A stretch of 64,000 nt of DNA, from positions 112,904,001 to 112,968,000 of the forward strand of contig NC_086108.1 of assembly GCF_963921235.1 (NCBI RefSeq), in the 5' to 3' direction. Position 1 is the stretch's first letter; every line of letters starts with the position of its first letter. Below the pieces are notes generated by a model, which did no database searches, was not told the origin of the DNA, and was given only the letters and a program-made list of their open reading frames with translations. Shown here in pieces: positions 13,279 through 26,199 of the stretch. Source of the DNA: Mobula hypostoma. Taxonomy: Eukaryota. The translations under genes were made by a program, and so were the position numbers.

Positions 13279-15350
13279 ATAAGACCATAGGACATAGAAG
13301 CAGAATTAGGCCATTCAGCCCATTGGGTCTGTTCTGTCATTCTATCATGGCTGATCCCAGATCCCACTCAACCCCACACACCTGCCTTCTCGCCATACCC
13401 TGACCGATCAGGAGATGATCAACTTCCGCCTTAAATATACTGATGGACTTGGCCTCCACCGCAGTCTGTGGCAGAGCATTCCACAGATTCACTACTCTCT
13501 GGCTAAAAAAATCCCTTCTTACCTCTGTTCTAATGGGTCACCCCTTAATTCTGAAGCTGTGTCCTCTAGTTCTGGATACCCCCATCATAGGAAACATCCT
13601 CTCCATATCCACCCTGTCTAGTCCTTTCAACATTCGGTAGGTTTCAATGAGATCCCCACACATTCCTCTAAATTTCAGTGAGTACAGGCCCAAAGCTGCC
13701 AAATATGCCTCATGTGTTAACCCCTTCATTTCTGGTATCATTCTTGTGAACCTCCTCTGGACTCTCCAATGACAAAACATCTTTTCTGACATATGGGGCA
13801 CAAACTGTTGACAATACTCCAAATGCAGCCTGACTAGTGTCTTATAAAGGCTCAGCATTATCTCCTTGCTTTTATATTCTATTCCCCTTGAAATAAATGC
13901 CAACATTACATTTGTCTTCTTTACCACAGACTCAACCTGTAAATTAACCTTCTGGGAGTCTTGCACAAGGACTCCTAAGACCCTCTGCACCTCTGATGTT
14001 TGAACCTTCTCCCCATTTAGATAATAGTTCACACTATTGTTCCTTTTACCAAAATGCATCATCATACATTTCCCAGCACTGTATTCCATCTGCCACTTTT
14101 TTGCCCATTCTTCCAAATTGTCTAAGTCCTGCTGCAATTACATTGCTTCCTCAGCACTACCTACCCCTCCACCTATCTTCGTATCATCACAAACTTTGTC
14201 ACAAAGCCATCAATTCCATTATCTAAATCACTGACAAACAATGTGAAAAGTAGCAGTCCCTGAGGAACACCACTAGTTACTGGCAGCCAACCAAAAACGG
14301 CCCCTTTTATTCCCACCACTGCCTACTGCCTATCAGGCATACCGCTATCCATGTCAGTATCTTTCCTGTAACGCCACAGGATTTTAACTTGTTAAACAGC
14401 CTCGTGTGTGGCACCTTATGAAACACCTTCTGAAAATCTAAGTAAATGACATCCACTGCCTCTCCTTTGTCCACCCTGCTTGTTACGTCCTCGAAGAATT
14501 CTAACAGATTTGTCAGACAAGATTTCCCTGCACAGAAGCTATGCTGACTTTGACTTATTTTATCATTAGTCTCCAAGTACCCCGAAACCTCATCCTTAAT
14601 AATAGACTCCAACACTTTCCCAACCACTGAGGTTAGGCTAACTGGACTATAATTTCCTTTCTTTTGCCTCCTCCCTTCTTAAAGAGTGGAGTGACAATGC
14701 AATCTTCCAGTCCTCCAAGATCAAGTGATTCTTGAAAGATTATGACTAATGCATCCGTTATCTTTTCAGCAACCTCTCTCAGGACTCTGGGATGTAGTCC
14801 ATCTGGTCCAGATGTCTTACCCACCTTAAGACCTTTGAGTTTACTAAGCACTTTTTCCTCACCCCTGTTCCCTGATACTCATGGACCTCTGGCACACTGC
14901 TAGTGTCTTCCACAGTGAACACAGATGACAAGTACCCGTTAAGTTCATCTGCCAATTTTTTGTCCCCCATTACTACCAACAAGCATCATTTTCCAGTGGT
15001 CAAATATCAATTCTCATCTCCTTTTCACTCTTTATGTACCTGAAATGACTTTTGGTGTCCTGCTTTATATTAATGGCTAGTTTGCCCTCATATTTCATCT
15101 TTTCCCTTCTTTTAGCTTTTTTAGTTGCTTTTTGTTGGATTTTAAAAGCTTTCCAATCATCCAACTTCCCATTCACTTTTGCTATCTGTATGTGCCCTGT
15201 CCTTGGCTTTTTGCAGTCCTTAACTTCCTTTGTCAGCCACAGTTGCCTATGTCTGCTATTTGAGAATTTCTTCCTCTGTGGGACATATCTCTCCTGCGTT
15301 TTGTTAATTATTCCCAGAAACTTCAGCCATCTCTGCTCTGCTGTCATCCC
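13279..15350 (-). mobile_element. Degenerate 5'-truncated CR1 LINE
   Basis: Broken RT ORFs (GPDGLHPRVL, KSCLTNLLEFFE, LEYCQQF, VQRRFTRMIP) and a CTATG-type tail near 13280. Confidence 0.85.
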
Positions 15351-18300
15351 GCCAGACTCTATCTCGGTCTTTCAATATTTGCTGGGTTTCAGTGAGATCC
15401 TAACAAGCTGCATCACTGCGTGGTACAGAACCAGCACTGCAGTGGAGAGGAAGGCTCTACAGCAGGTCGTCAAAGAGCCAATGCAGCACTGGCAAGCCTA
15501 CCCTTTATCTTATTGCAAGTTTTTTTGTTATGCATCGGATCTGGAGCAACAATTATTTTGTTCTCCTTTGCACTTGTGTACTGGAAATGAATGAACAATC
15601 TTGAATCTTGAGCTCGCATTTCCTGTGGATGGACCTACTTAAACACAATTCTGCTCTACACAACCTCCAGTGTTGAGCTCAGTCAATGGTTCTCCATGGT
15701 GCTGTGATGGTACTCACGAGTCTAAACAAATTTCTTTTAAATACAGATGTTGAAAACACAAAAGATTCCGCAGACACTGGAAATCCAGAGTAAACACACA
15801 AACTGCTGGGGACGGGACTGTAGTGGTTAATGTAATGCTTTACGTTGCCAGTGACTGGGGTTCAAATCCCGCCATTGTCTGTAAGGAGTTTGTATGTTCT
15901 CCCAGTGACCCTGTGGGTTTCCACACGCATTCCAAAGACATATGGATTAATGGGTTAATTGATCACATGGGTGCAATTGCACAGAGAGGTCTCATTGGAC
16001 TAGGAGGACCTGTTCTCTAAATACATACATAAACACGACAGGTCAGGCAGCACCTATAGAGAGGAATACTAGTTGGTGCTTCAGGCCAAGACCCTTCATC
16101 AGGACAATTACCAGGTTCAAGATGGGCCACTAGGTTCAAGAACAGCTTCTTCAACGATTCAGTTCTTGAACCAACTGGCAAAACCCTAATCATTACCTCA
16201 GCATAGCAACACTATGACCACTTTGATCACTCTATTCAAATGAATTCTTAAAAATTTAATTATATTACTTTAAGAATTGTGTACAATTTATGTAATGTAT
16301 GATTCTCTGTGCCTGTGATGCTGCTACAAGTAAGTTTTTCATCCAGTCCTGATGAAGGGTCTCGGGCAGAAACATCGACGGTTTATTCCTCTCCATAATT
16401 GCTGATTTCCTCCAGCATTTTATATACTTCTTATTATTTACTTAGCGATACCGCGTGGAATAGGCCCTTCGAGCTGCGCCACCCAGCAACTCCCAATGTA
16501 ACCGTAACCTAATCACAGGACAATTTACAATGACCAATTAACCTACCCCACACGTCTTTGGGAGGAAACTGGAGCATCCGAGGAAAGCCCACACATTCCA
16601 CACCGGGAGGTCACATAAGCTCCTTCCAGGGGAAGCCAGGATTGAACTCTGAGCTGCAGCATCCCGAACTGTAATAGCGTTGTGCTAACCGCTACGCTAC
16701 TGTGGTACCCACGCACTCATCCTGAGCGTGTTGACTGGTAAATTGCTTATGGATTGCCTGGTTCCATCCCCACCACCAGCTGCACAAAACATGCACGGTA
16801 ACATTTCATGGATGTTGATCATCAATATTTAATACATAATAATAAGCTGCAACCAATAGCAAGCAATCGGTTTGATTAGATTCCTTCCATTAGCCGAGTA
16901 TCGCAGTCTCTCTACAGTCACTATGTGTATCGTACCAATCTGCCCTCACACAGGCGCCGATTCACCATAATTACACATTTATATAAATAGTGTTTGCAAT
17001 AGAAGGAAAACAGACGTAATGCAGACAAACGGGATTAGTGTATATGGTAAAATAGGGTCAGTATGGACATTGTGGCCCGAAAGGCCTCTTCCTGTGCTGT
17101 AAGCCCCTGACTCCATGAGCCTTAATAACCAAATAACTATATTTAACACAGACATTATTGAATGTAGCCAGTACATATATTTCAAAATAAAAACAGTATC
17201 AAAGTCCTCGTGAAATGATTAGCACCTCATTAACAAAAGCACCTTTCTTCTTCTCAAACCCATCACCCCCACTGGGGCACAGGCCACCGAGAGCAGCTCA
17301 CCAGAGTCCTCTGTCCTGGGCCAGTCTTTCAACTCGTTCCCAGGCACAGCCCATCTTCCTCTCCCAGGGATGAGGTCTTTGGAGTTCTGTTGGCATTTCT
17401 GTAGCTCTGGGCTTTTACGGTAAGGGGTTTCTAGTACCATGCCCAAACCTCCTCCTTTCCCAGCCAGGCTTGGGATCCATGCACGCTGGGCATCCAGAAG
17501 CCATGAGACATGAGTCAACCTGTCTAATTCCTTCTGCTCTACACAATCACCCATGTGGCTGGGGAGGTTTGAGCGGGGTGGGGGGGGGGGAAGGGAACAC
17601 TTTGTCTGGGATTTTCACTGTGCAACCAGCATCCGGGTCTCAATGCCAAACTTCAGCCACGGTTCACCTTGCCCAACGCGTGGGGCCTCTGCTAGTGGAG
17701 GCTCAGTGTAACAGTTAGAAGAGAGTGGCCTTAATGCGCCCCCAGTTGTCTTCAACCCAGGAGTTCCTGGTGCCTGCTGTCCCCCCGTCTAATGATGTTC
17801 TTGCTGGTTGGGACGGGGAGGAGCAGGAGCTGAAGTAGAACAAGGATCAGTGGTGGAAAGGGTGAGCAGCTTCAAGTCCTTGGGGGTCAACATCTCTGAG
17901 GATCTACTATTGATGAAATCAAGGAGAAAGCATCTAATTGGCTATTAAAAATTTGAGGGGGTTTGGATGTCACCCAAGATTCTAGCAAATTTCTACAGAT
18001 GACTGGTTGTATCAACATCTGGTGTGGAGTCTCCAAGCAGAGGGTTGAAATCTCAGCCAGTTCCATCACAGGCACAACCCTCCCCACAGTCGAGGCTGTC
18101 TTCAAAAAGCAATGTCTCAAGAAGCTGGCATGCGTTATTAAGGACCCCCATCACCCAGGGCATGCCCTCTTCTCATTGTTAGTTTCGAGGAGGAGGTACA
18201 GGAGCCTGAAGATCCACACTCAACATTTCAGAACCAGCTTCTTCCTCTCATGAACTGATGAACCCTACCTCACTAATTTGCTGTCATTGCACTGTTTATT

Positions 18301-20039
18301 CTGACATTATTATTGTAATTCATAGTAATTTTTTATGTATTGCACTGCAGCACTGCCGCAAAACAACAGATTTTGGGACATATGTGAGTGATAGCAAACC
18401 TGGTTCTGGTTCTGATTCGGAGCTTGGTGGAGTGAAGAATCCAATAAGGGACAGGCTGCGGGGTGAAGACCAGAAGCAGCTACGGTACGCCCTCAACAGG
18501 AAACTCTGAGATCTGAAATGCAGCTTGTATGTTGTTCACTGGCCTTTTGACACCAGTGGATCCCACAAAATTCATGGGAACAGAATTAAGCCATTCAGCA
18601 CATCGAGTCTGTCCTGCCACTCTGACACAGCTCCATTTCCCTGCCTCTTCCCTACAACCCTTAACCTCCTTGCTGAGCAAGCACGAGTGTGAGGAAAATG
18701 GAAGGTTATGGACATTGTGTGGGCAGAAGAGATTGGTTTAGTTGGCCATTTGATTACTAATTTAATTGCTTCAGTGGGCTGGAGGGCCTGATCCTGTGCT
18801 CTACTGTTCTATGCATATACATATTTTGATAATACATTTACTTTGAACTTTGAACTTTGAAAGTCCTGGGCTCTTCCTGTGCATATGATAGGTTAATGGG
18901 TCGTTGAAAATTGGAGATGGATAATGGAATTGATGAGAGAAGTAGAGAATATTTTACAGGAAGTATCAGTGGGAGGGACGGGATTGCACAGACTTGCTGA
19001 GCCAAATGGTTCCCTTTCACGTGGTTAGGAAATGCTTGCTGCCACCCTTCCCACTGATCTGCACTGTTCAATGCTCTAAGAACCAATCAATCTCTATTCT
19101 AAATGTAACCAATGACTTGACCTCCACTGTCGCCTGCAGCGATGAATTTTACCCTCTGGCTTGTCCACGTACACACAGAACAGTTGTGTAATGCAGGGCT
19201 CTCAGATCGATGGGCTGTGCCCTGGGACAGACACTGATCACCAACTGACAGAAAGATCCCAGTGAAGGACACTTGCCTATTGGTTGGTTAGGAAATGGAT
19301 GCTGACAGCATTCCCCCCGGTGGTGGGCAGGAGACTTTCCGGGACAGTCACCCATCGGAATACCGGAGGGAAACTGCTTGGGTTGGACTGTTCGAGAAGT
19401 AGTGAGTCTACATGCTGTTCCTGCACCCTGGTTCCTGCCAAAAGCCAATGGGAAAGGGGCAGGGGGGTGAGATCTACTCAACATAAGGCAAACAGAAACC
19501 CAGCGACCTGTGCCATTGGCACACTGGGCATTCCAGTCTGTGACTCACAGAACTGGCAGCACTTTGGAGGTGGTGGGCTCTTGCAGAAGTGTTATGTGAA
19601 GAGAAGAGGTTCCAGGGCGGTTCCCACCCCCACCCACCGGTGGTGTTCACAGTTGTCATTGTGACACCATTGTTGTGAGCATTTATGGACGAACACCCTT
19701 CTATTTCAGCTGTTGAGGTGTTTGCTTGCAGTGAGCGTACAGATGCAACATCACAATCCAGGTATTCCTAGGAGCCCCCACTGCCTTTAGTCTGGGGAAG
19801 AATTGGCAAGGAGCACGAACACACTGTGTTTCTTGGCTTGCATTTAATGTTGCTAGCAACGACGGGCTTCCTGAACCATCGAAGCAGTATTCCTGAGATT
19901 TTAGTAAAAGGACCAGGACTTTTTCTTAAAGAAGGAACGTGTTCCGGCATTTTTCACAGTCATCAGAGGTAATTCCTTCAAAACTTTTCGCTAATTTTCT
20001 TGCAGAGTTCTTTGGGAGGGCCCCCAGCCTTTTGGCCTC

Positions 20040-20186
20040 TTACAGAAAGCAGACAGGGCCAATTTCTACACGGTACTGCTTTTTCTTCTTCAGGACAGGG
20101 AGATGCTGAATTTCAACGATGGGGAGCTGGCTCACAGCTTGACTATGGAATACAAACTGCGTCCGCTGCCATTTTCCATCCTGGAT
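20040..20186 (-). CDS. col24a1: Collagen XXIV alpha-1-like terminal coding exon (IQDGKWQRTQFVFHSQAVSQLPIVEIQHLPVLKKKKQYRVEIGPVCFL*)
   Basis: 147 nt ending in TAA, with ttttctttgacggcAG acceptor; canonical fibrillar-collagen C-terminus GPVCFL. Confidence 0.93.
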   Translation of the reverse strand: MQDGKWQRTQFVFHSQAVSQLPIVEIQHLPVLKKKKQYRVEIGPVCFL

Positions 20187-20253
20187 CTGCCGTCAAAGAA
20201 AATCAGAATCACTTTATTGCAGTTTAGAGTCTACAGTCACTTGCTTCCACATG

Positions 20254-23200
20254 CACTCAGAGGCCACTTTAGGTACACTGTTCATTAATGCAAATATCTA
20301 ATCGGCCAATCATGTGTCAGCAACTCAATGTATAAAAGCATGCCGACATGGTCAAGAGGTTCAGTAGCTGTTTAGACCAAACATCAGAATGGGGAAGAAA
20401 TGTGATCTAAGTGACTTTGACCATGGAATGATGGTTGGTGTCAGATGGGGTGGTTTGAGTATCTCAGAAACTGCTGATCTCCTGGGATTTTCACACACAA
20501 CGGTCTCTAGAGTTTACAAAGAATGGTGCAAAAAACAAAAAAAAAATCCAGTGAGTGACAGTTCAGTGGGCAAGAGAGCCTTGTTAACGAGGGAGGTCAG
20601 AGGAGAATGGCCAGACTGGGTCAAGCTGACCGGAAGCCTCAAATAACCATGTGTTACAACAATGATGTGCAGAAGAGCATCTCTGAATACACATGATGAA
20701 TCTTGAAGCGGATGGGCTATGGTGGCAGAAGATCATGAACATACATAGAACATAGAATAGTACAGCACAGTACAGGCCGTTCGGCCCACAATGTTGTGCC
20801 AACCCTCAAACCCTACCTCCTATATAACTCCCCACCTTAAATTCCTCCATATACCTGTCTAGTAGTCTCTTAAACTTCACCAGTGTATCTGCCTCCACTA
20901 CTGACTCAGGCAGTGCATTCCACACACCAACCACTCTCTGAGTAAAAAACCTTCCTCTAATATCCCCCTTGAACTTCCCACCCCTTACCTTAAAGCGATG
21001 TCCTCTTGTATTGAGCAGTGGTGCCCTGGGGAAGAGGCGCTGGCTATCCACTCGATCTATTCCTCTTATTATCTTGTACACCTCTATCATGTCTCCTCTC
21101 ATCCTCCTTCTCTCCAAAGAGTAAAGCCCTAGCTCACTTAATCTCTGATCATAATGCATACTCTCTAAACCAGGCAGCATCCTGGTAAATGTCCTCTGTA
21201 CCCTTTCCAATGTTTCCACATCCTTCCTATAGTGAGGTGACCAGAACTGGACACAGCACTCCAAGTGTGGCCTAACCAGAGTTTTATAGAGCTGCATCAT
21301 TACATCGCGACTCTTAAACTCTATCCCTCGACTTATGAAAGCTAACACCCCATAAGCTTTCTTAACTACCCTATCCACCTGTAAGGCAACTTTCAGGGAT
21401 CTGTGGACATGTACCCCTAGATCCCTCTGCTCCTCCACACTACCAAGTATCCTGCCATTTACTTTGTACTCTGCCTTGGAGTTTGTCCTTCCAAAGTGTA
21501 CCACCTCACACTTCTCCGGGTTGAACTCCATCTGCCACTTCTCAGCCCACTTCTGCATTCTATCAATGTCTCTCTGCAATCTTTGACAATCCTCTGCACT
21601 GTCTACAACACCACCAACCTTTGTGTCGTCTGCAAACTCGCCAACCCACCCTTCTACCCCCACATCCAGGTCGTTAATAAAAATCACAAAAAGTAGAGGT
21701 CCCAGAACCGATCCTTGTGGGACACCACTCGTCACAACCCTCCAATCTGAATGTACTCCCTCCACTATGACCCTCTGCCTTCTGCAGGCAAGCCAGTTCT
21801 GAATCCATCTAGCCAAACTTCCCTGGAGCCCATGCCTTCTGACTTTCTGAATAAGCCTACCGTGTGGAACCTTGTCAAATGCCTTACTAAAATCCATGTA
21901 GATCACATCCACTGCACTACCCTCATCTATATGCCTGGTCACCTACTCAAAGAACTCTATCAGGCTTGGTAGACACGATCTGCCCTTCACAAAGCCATGC
22001 TGACTGTCTCTGATCAGACCATGATTCTCTAAATGCCCATAGATCCTACCTCTAAGAATCTTTTCCAACAGCTTTCCCACCACAGACGTAAGGCTTACTG
22101 GTCTATAATTGCCCGGACTATCCCTACTACCTTTTTTGAACAAGGGGACAACATTCGCCTCCCTCCAATCCTCCGGTACCATTCCCGTGGGCAACAAGAA
22201 CATAAAGATCCTAGCCAGAGGCTCAGCAATCTCTTCTCTCGCCTCGTGGAGCAGCCTGGGGAATATTCCGTCAAGCCCCGGGGACTTATCCGTCCTAATG
22301 TATTTTAACAACTCCAACACCTCCTCTCCCTTAATATGAACATGCTCCAGAACATCAACCTCACTCATATTGTCCTCACCTTCATCAAGTTCCCTCTCAT
22401 TGGTGAATACCGAAGAGAAGTATTCATTGAGGACCTTGCTCACTTCCACAGCCTCCAGGCACATCTTCCCACCTTTATCTCTAATCGGTCCTACCTTCAC
22501 TTCTGTCATCTTTTTTTTCTTAACATAATTGAAGAATGCCTTGGGGTTTTCCTTTACCCTACTCGCCAAGGCCTTCTCATGCCCCCTTCTTGCTCTTCTC
22601 AGCCCCTTCTTAAGCTCCTTTCTTGCTTCCCTATATTCCTCAATAGACCCATCTGATCCTTGCTTCCTAAACCTCATGTACGCTGCCTTCTTCCACCTGA
22701 CTAGATTTCCCACTTCACTTGTCACCCATGGTCCCTTCACCCTACCATTCTTTATCTTCCTCACCGGTTCAAATTTATGCCTAACATCCTGCAAGAGATC
22801 TCTAAACATCGACCACATGTCCATAGGACATTTCCTTGCAAAAACATCATCCCAATTCACACCCGCAAATTCTAGCCTTATAGCCTCATAATTTGCCCTT
22901 CCCCAATTAAAAATTTTCCTGACCTCTCTGATTCTATCCTTTTCCATGATAATACTAAAGGCCAGGGAGCAGTGGTCACTGTCCCCCAGATGCTCACCCA
23001 CTGAGAGATCTGTGACCTGACCCGGTTCGTTACCTAATACTAGATCTAGTATGGCATTCCCCCTGGTCGGCCTGTCCACATACTGTGACAGGAATCCGTC
23101 CTGGACACACTTAACAAACTCTGCCCCATGCGAACCCTTGGAACTAATCAGGTGCCAATCAATATTGGGGAAGTTAAAGTCACCCATGATAACAACCCTG

Positions 23201-23866
23201 TTATTTTTGCACCTTTCCAAAATCTGTCTCCCAATCTGCTCCTCGGTATCTCTGCTGCTACCAGAAGGCCTATAGAATACTCCCAATAGAGTAACTGCTC
23301 CCATCCTGTTCCTGACTTCCACCCATATTGACTCAAAAGAGGATCCTGCTACATTACCCACCCTTTCTGTAGCTGTAATAGTATCCCTGACCAGTAATGC
23401 CACTCCTCCTCCCCTTTTTCCCCCTCTCTATCCCTTTTAAAGCACTGAAATCCAGGAATATTGAGAATCCATTTCTGCCCTGGTGCCAGCCAAGTCTCTG
23501 TAATGGCCCCTACATCAAAATTCCATCCATGTATCCAAGCTCTCAGTTCATCACCTTTGTTCCTGATGCTTCTTGCATTGAGGTACACACATTTCAGCCC
23601 TTCTACCTTACTGTCTTTACACCGTTTATTCTGCTTCTCTTTCCTCAAAGCCTCTCTGTATGTTAGATCTGGCTTTACTCCATGCACTTCTTCCACTGCT
23701 CTATCGCTCTGGGTCCCATCTCCCTTGCAAATTAGTTTAAACCCTCCCGAACCATGCTAGCAAACCTACCTGCAAGGATATTGCTCCCCCTCGAGTTCAG
23801 GTGCAACCCATCCAATCTGTACAGGTCCCACCTTTCCCACTCACTGCCCGCATTATTAGGTACATC
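20254..23866 (+). mobile_element. Tc1-like non-autonomous element copy 2 (20254-20743, resuming about 23838-23866)
   Basis: Left TIR CACTCAGAGGCCACTTT-AGGTACA; HTH remnant ORF 20389..20646; the TIR-like subterminal repeat CACTCACTGCCCGCATTATTAGGTACA reappears after the CR1. Confidence 0.75.
20744..23838 (-). mobile_element. Young CR1 LINE (end of ORF1 and near-complete ORF2 with one stop and one frameshift)
   Basis: ORFs 23349..23696, 21943..23403 and 20806..21942 give APE and RT; DGLHLN esterase end of ORF1; CTATGTT tail. Confidence 0.93.
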
Positions 23867-23909
23867 CTGTGGACAATGGATAGTGGACAGCCAGCAGCTT
23901 CTTCCCAGT

Positions 23910-24536
23910 AAACACAAAATACTCTGCAGATGCAGGGGTCAAAGCAACACTCACAACACGCTGAAGGAACTCAGCAGGTCGGGCAGCATCTGTGGAAACG
24001 ATCAGTCAACGTTTTGGGCCGGAACCCTTCGTCAGGACTGTAGAGGGAAGGGGCAGAGGCCCTATAAAGAAGGTGGGGGGAGGGTGGGAAGGAGAAGGCT
24101 GGTAGGTTCCAGGTGAAAAACCAGTCAGGGGAAAGATAAAGGGGTGGGAGAGGGGAAGCAGGGAGGTGATAGGCAGGAAAGGTGAAGAAGGAATAGGGGA
24201 AAACACAATGGGTAGTAGAAGGAGGCGGAACCACGAGGGAGGTGATAGGCAGCTGGGGGAGGGGGCAGAGTGAAATAGGGATAGAGGAAGGGAGGGGGAG
24301 GGAATTACCGGAGGTTGGAGAATTGTATGTTCATACCAAGGGGCTGGAGGCTACCTAGACGGTATATGAGGTGTTGCTCCTCCAACCTGCGTTTAGCCTC
24401 ATCATGGCAGTAGAGGAGGCCATGTATGAACATATCCGAATGGGAATGGGAAGCCGAGTTGAAGTGGGTGGCTACCGGGAGATCCTGTCTGTTGTGGCAG
24501 AGGGAGCGGAGGTGCTCGATGAAGCGGTCCCCCAAG
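23910..24536 (-). mobile_element. Penelope-like element 3' fragment (GIY-YIG C-terminus and pseudo-LTR with hammerhead motif)
   Basis: GDRFIEHLRS...VATHFNS..HS...LEEQHLIYRLGSLQPLGMN; pyrimidine-rich UTR; CTGACGA hammerhead core at 24003-24040. Confidence 0.85.
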
Positions 24537-25002
24537 CGTGTGAGTGTGTGTGTGTGCGTGTGAGTGTGAGTGTGAGAGTGTGTGTGTGAGTGTGTGAATG
24601 TGAGTGTGAGTGTGAGTGTGTGTGTGAGTGTGTGAGAGTGTGTGTGTGTGAGTGTGTGTGTGGGTGTGAGTGTGAGTGTGTGTGTGCGTGTGCGTGTGAG
24701 TGTGAGTGTGTGTGAGTGTGTGTGTGAGTGTGAGTGTGAGTGTGAGAGAGTGTGTGTGTGGGTGCGTGTGTGAGTGTGTGTGAGTGTGTGCGTGCGGGTG
24801 AGTGTGAGTGTGTGCGTGTGCGTGTGAGTGTGAGTGTGAGAGTGTGTGTGTGAGTGTGTGAATGTGAGTGTGAGTGTGTGAGAGTGTGTGAGTGTGTGAG
24901 AGTGTGTGTGTGTGAGTGTGTGAGTGTGTGAGAGTGTGTGTGCGTGTGTGTGAGTGTGTGTGGGTGCGTGTGTGAGAGTGTGTGTGTGTGGGTGCGTGTG
25001 TG

Positions 25003-25073
<71 letters not shown>
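24537..25073. repeat. Compound (TG)n/(TGAG,TGCG) microsatellite
   Basis: About 540 bp of TG-based repeats ending in a pure (TG)n run. Confidence 0.97.
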
Positions 25074-25075
<2 letters not shown>

Positions 25076-25192
25076 ACTGAAGGACCTGTATCTGTGTTCT
25101 AATATTCTATGATTTTATTATTTAGAGAACTCAATTATGCTGCCTGAGCTGTTTATGCCAGAAATGTTAATTACAGAAGTTTTGGAATTTAC

Positions 25193-25411
25193 CTTACATC
25201 CGTCCCTCGTAACCTTGGGCTGAAACAGTGCACCTGCTTTAAACATCTGTCTGTTCCATCCCCTGAACTGCATGGAATTGGCGTAGGGATCCTTGCTGGA
25301 GATGTTCTTCCAGACCGGGTGGTTGAGGCAATGGATCGTGATGGTCTGTACGGCTTCTGAACTCAGCAAGTGCAGAAAGTTCATTTGCACCATCCCAACC
25401 CCGAAATCCAA
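25193..25411 (-). CDS. col24a1: Collagen XXIV alpha-1-like penultimate exon (LDFGVGMVQMNFLHLLSSEAVQTITIHC...RDGCK)
   Basis: 219 nt with ttttgcAG acceptor and GTAAAT donor; VQMNFLHLLSSE is the clade-C (COL24/COL27) signature; lies within ORF 25118..25417. Confidence 0.93.
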
Positions 25412-26199
25412 CTGCAAAACACCATGAAATGCCAGAGTTCAGTGAATGAAATTCAAAACTGGTTTAATTAATCCATGAATTAATTTATTTAGAGATACAG
25501 CACTGCTCTGGCCCAGTAACCACCTATTGAACAATAGTCTAATCACAGGACAATTTACAATGATCAGTTAACCTATGAACTGGTAGACCTTTGTACTGTG
25601 CGAGGAAACCGGAAACCCATGTACGCGCAGGTAGGAACATACAAGCTTGCTTATGGAGGACCTGGAATTGAACTCTGAACTCTGACACCTCGAGCTGTAA
25701 TAGCATTGCCCGAACTGGGGGCCGTGGCGCCCCAAAAGAATGAGGGTGCTGCAGTACTCCTTAACAGGAGTGCTGGTTTAGAATGGCTCACCAGAAGTTT
25801 TCCTGAGAGCAGATGGGTCGATTGATGGTGAGGGTTAATTTAATGGAGATGGAAGATGATATTCATAAAGCCAGACCCTACCCACTCCGGACATTTTCCC
25901 CATCCACCCCAGGCATTCTCTCTTCTCCCCTCTCCCATCATGGCTGGATATGAAACTCGTGACCACAAGAAACTGCAGAGAGTTGTGGCCAGATCTCAAC
26001 ACATCACAGAAACCAGCCTCCCCTCCACGGACTCTGTCGACACTTCTCTCTGCCTCAGTAAAGCAGCCAGCACAATGAAAACCCCACCCACCCCGGACAT
26101 TCTGTCTTTGCCCCTCTCCCATCAGACCGAAGATACAAAAGCCTGAAAGAACATACCACCAGGCTAATGGGCCCCTATTACAGACCACCCAGCAGCCCA

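Noticed and set aside
19843..19848. ATTAAA (minus strand) as the collagen polyadenylation signal
   Set aside because: Plausible but cannot be supported without transcript data.
21496..23760. Many short plus-strand ORFs repeated at 57196-58162
   Set aside because: Antisense shadows of the CR1 ORF2 codon pattern.
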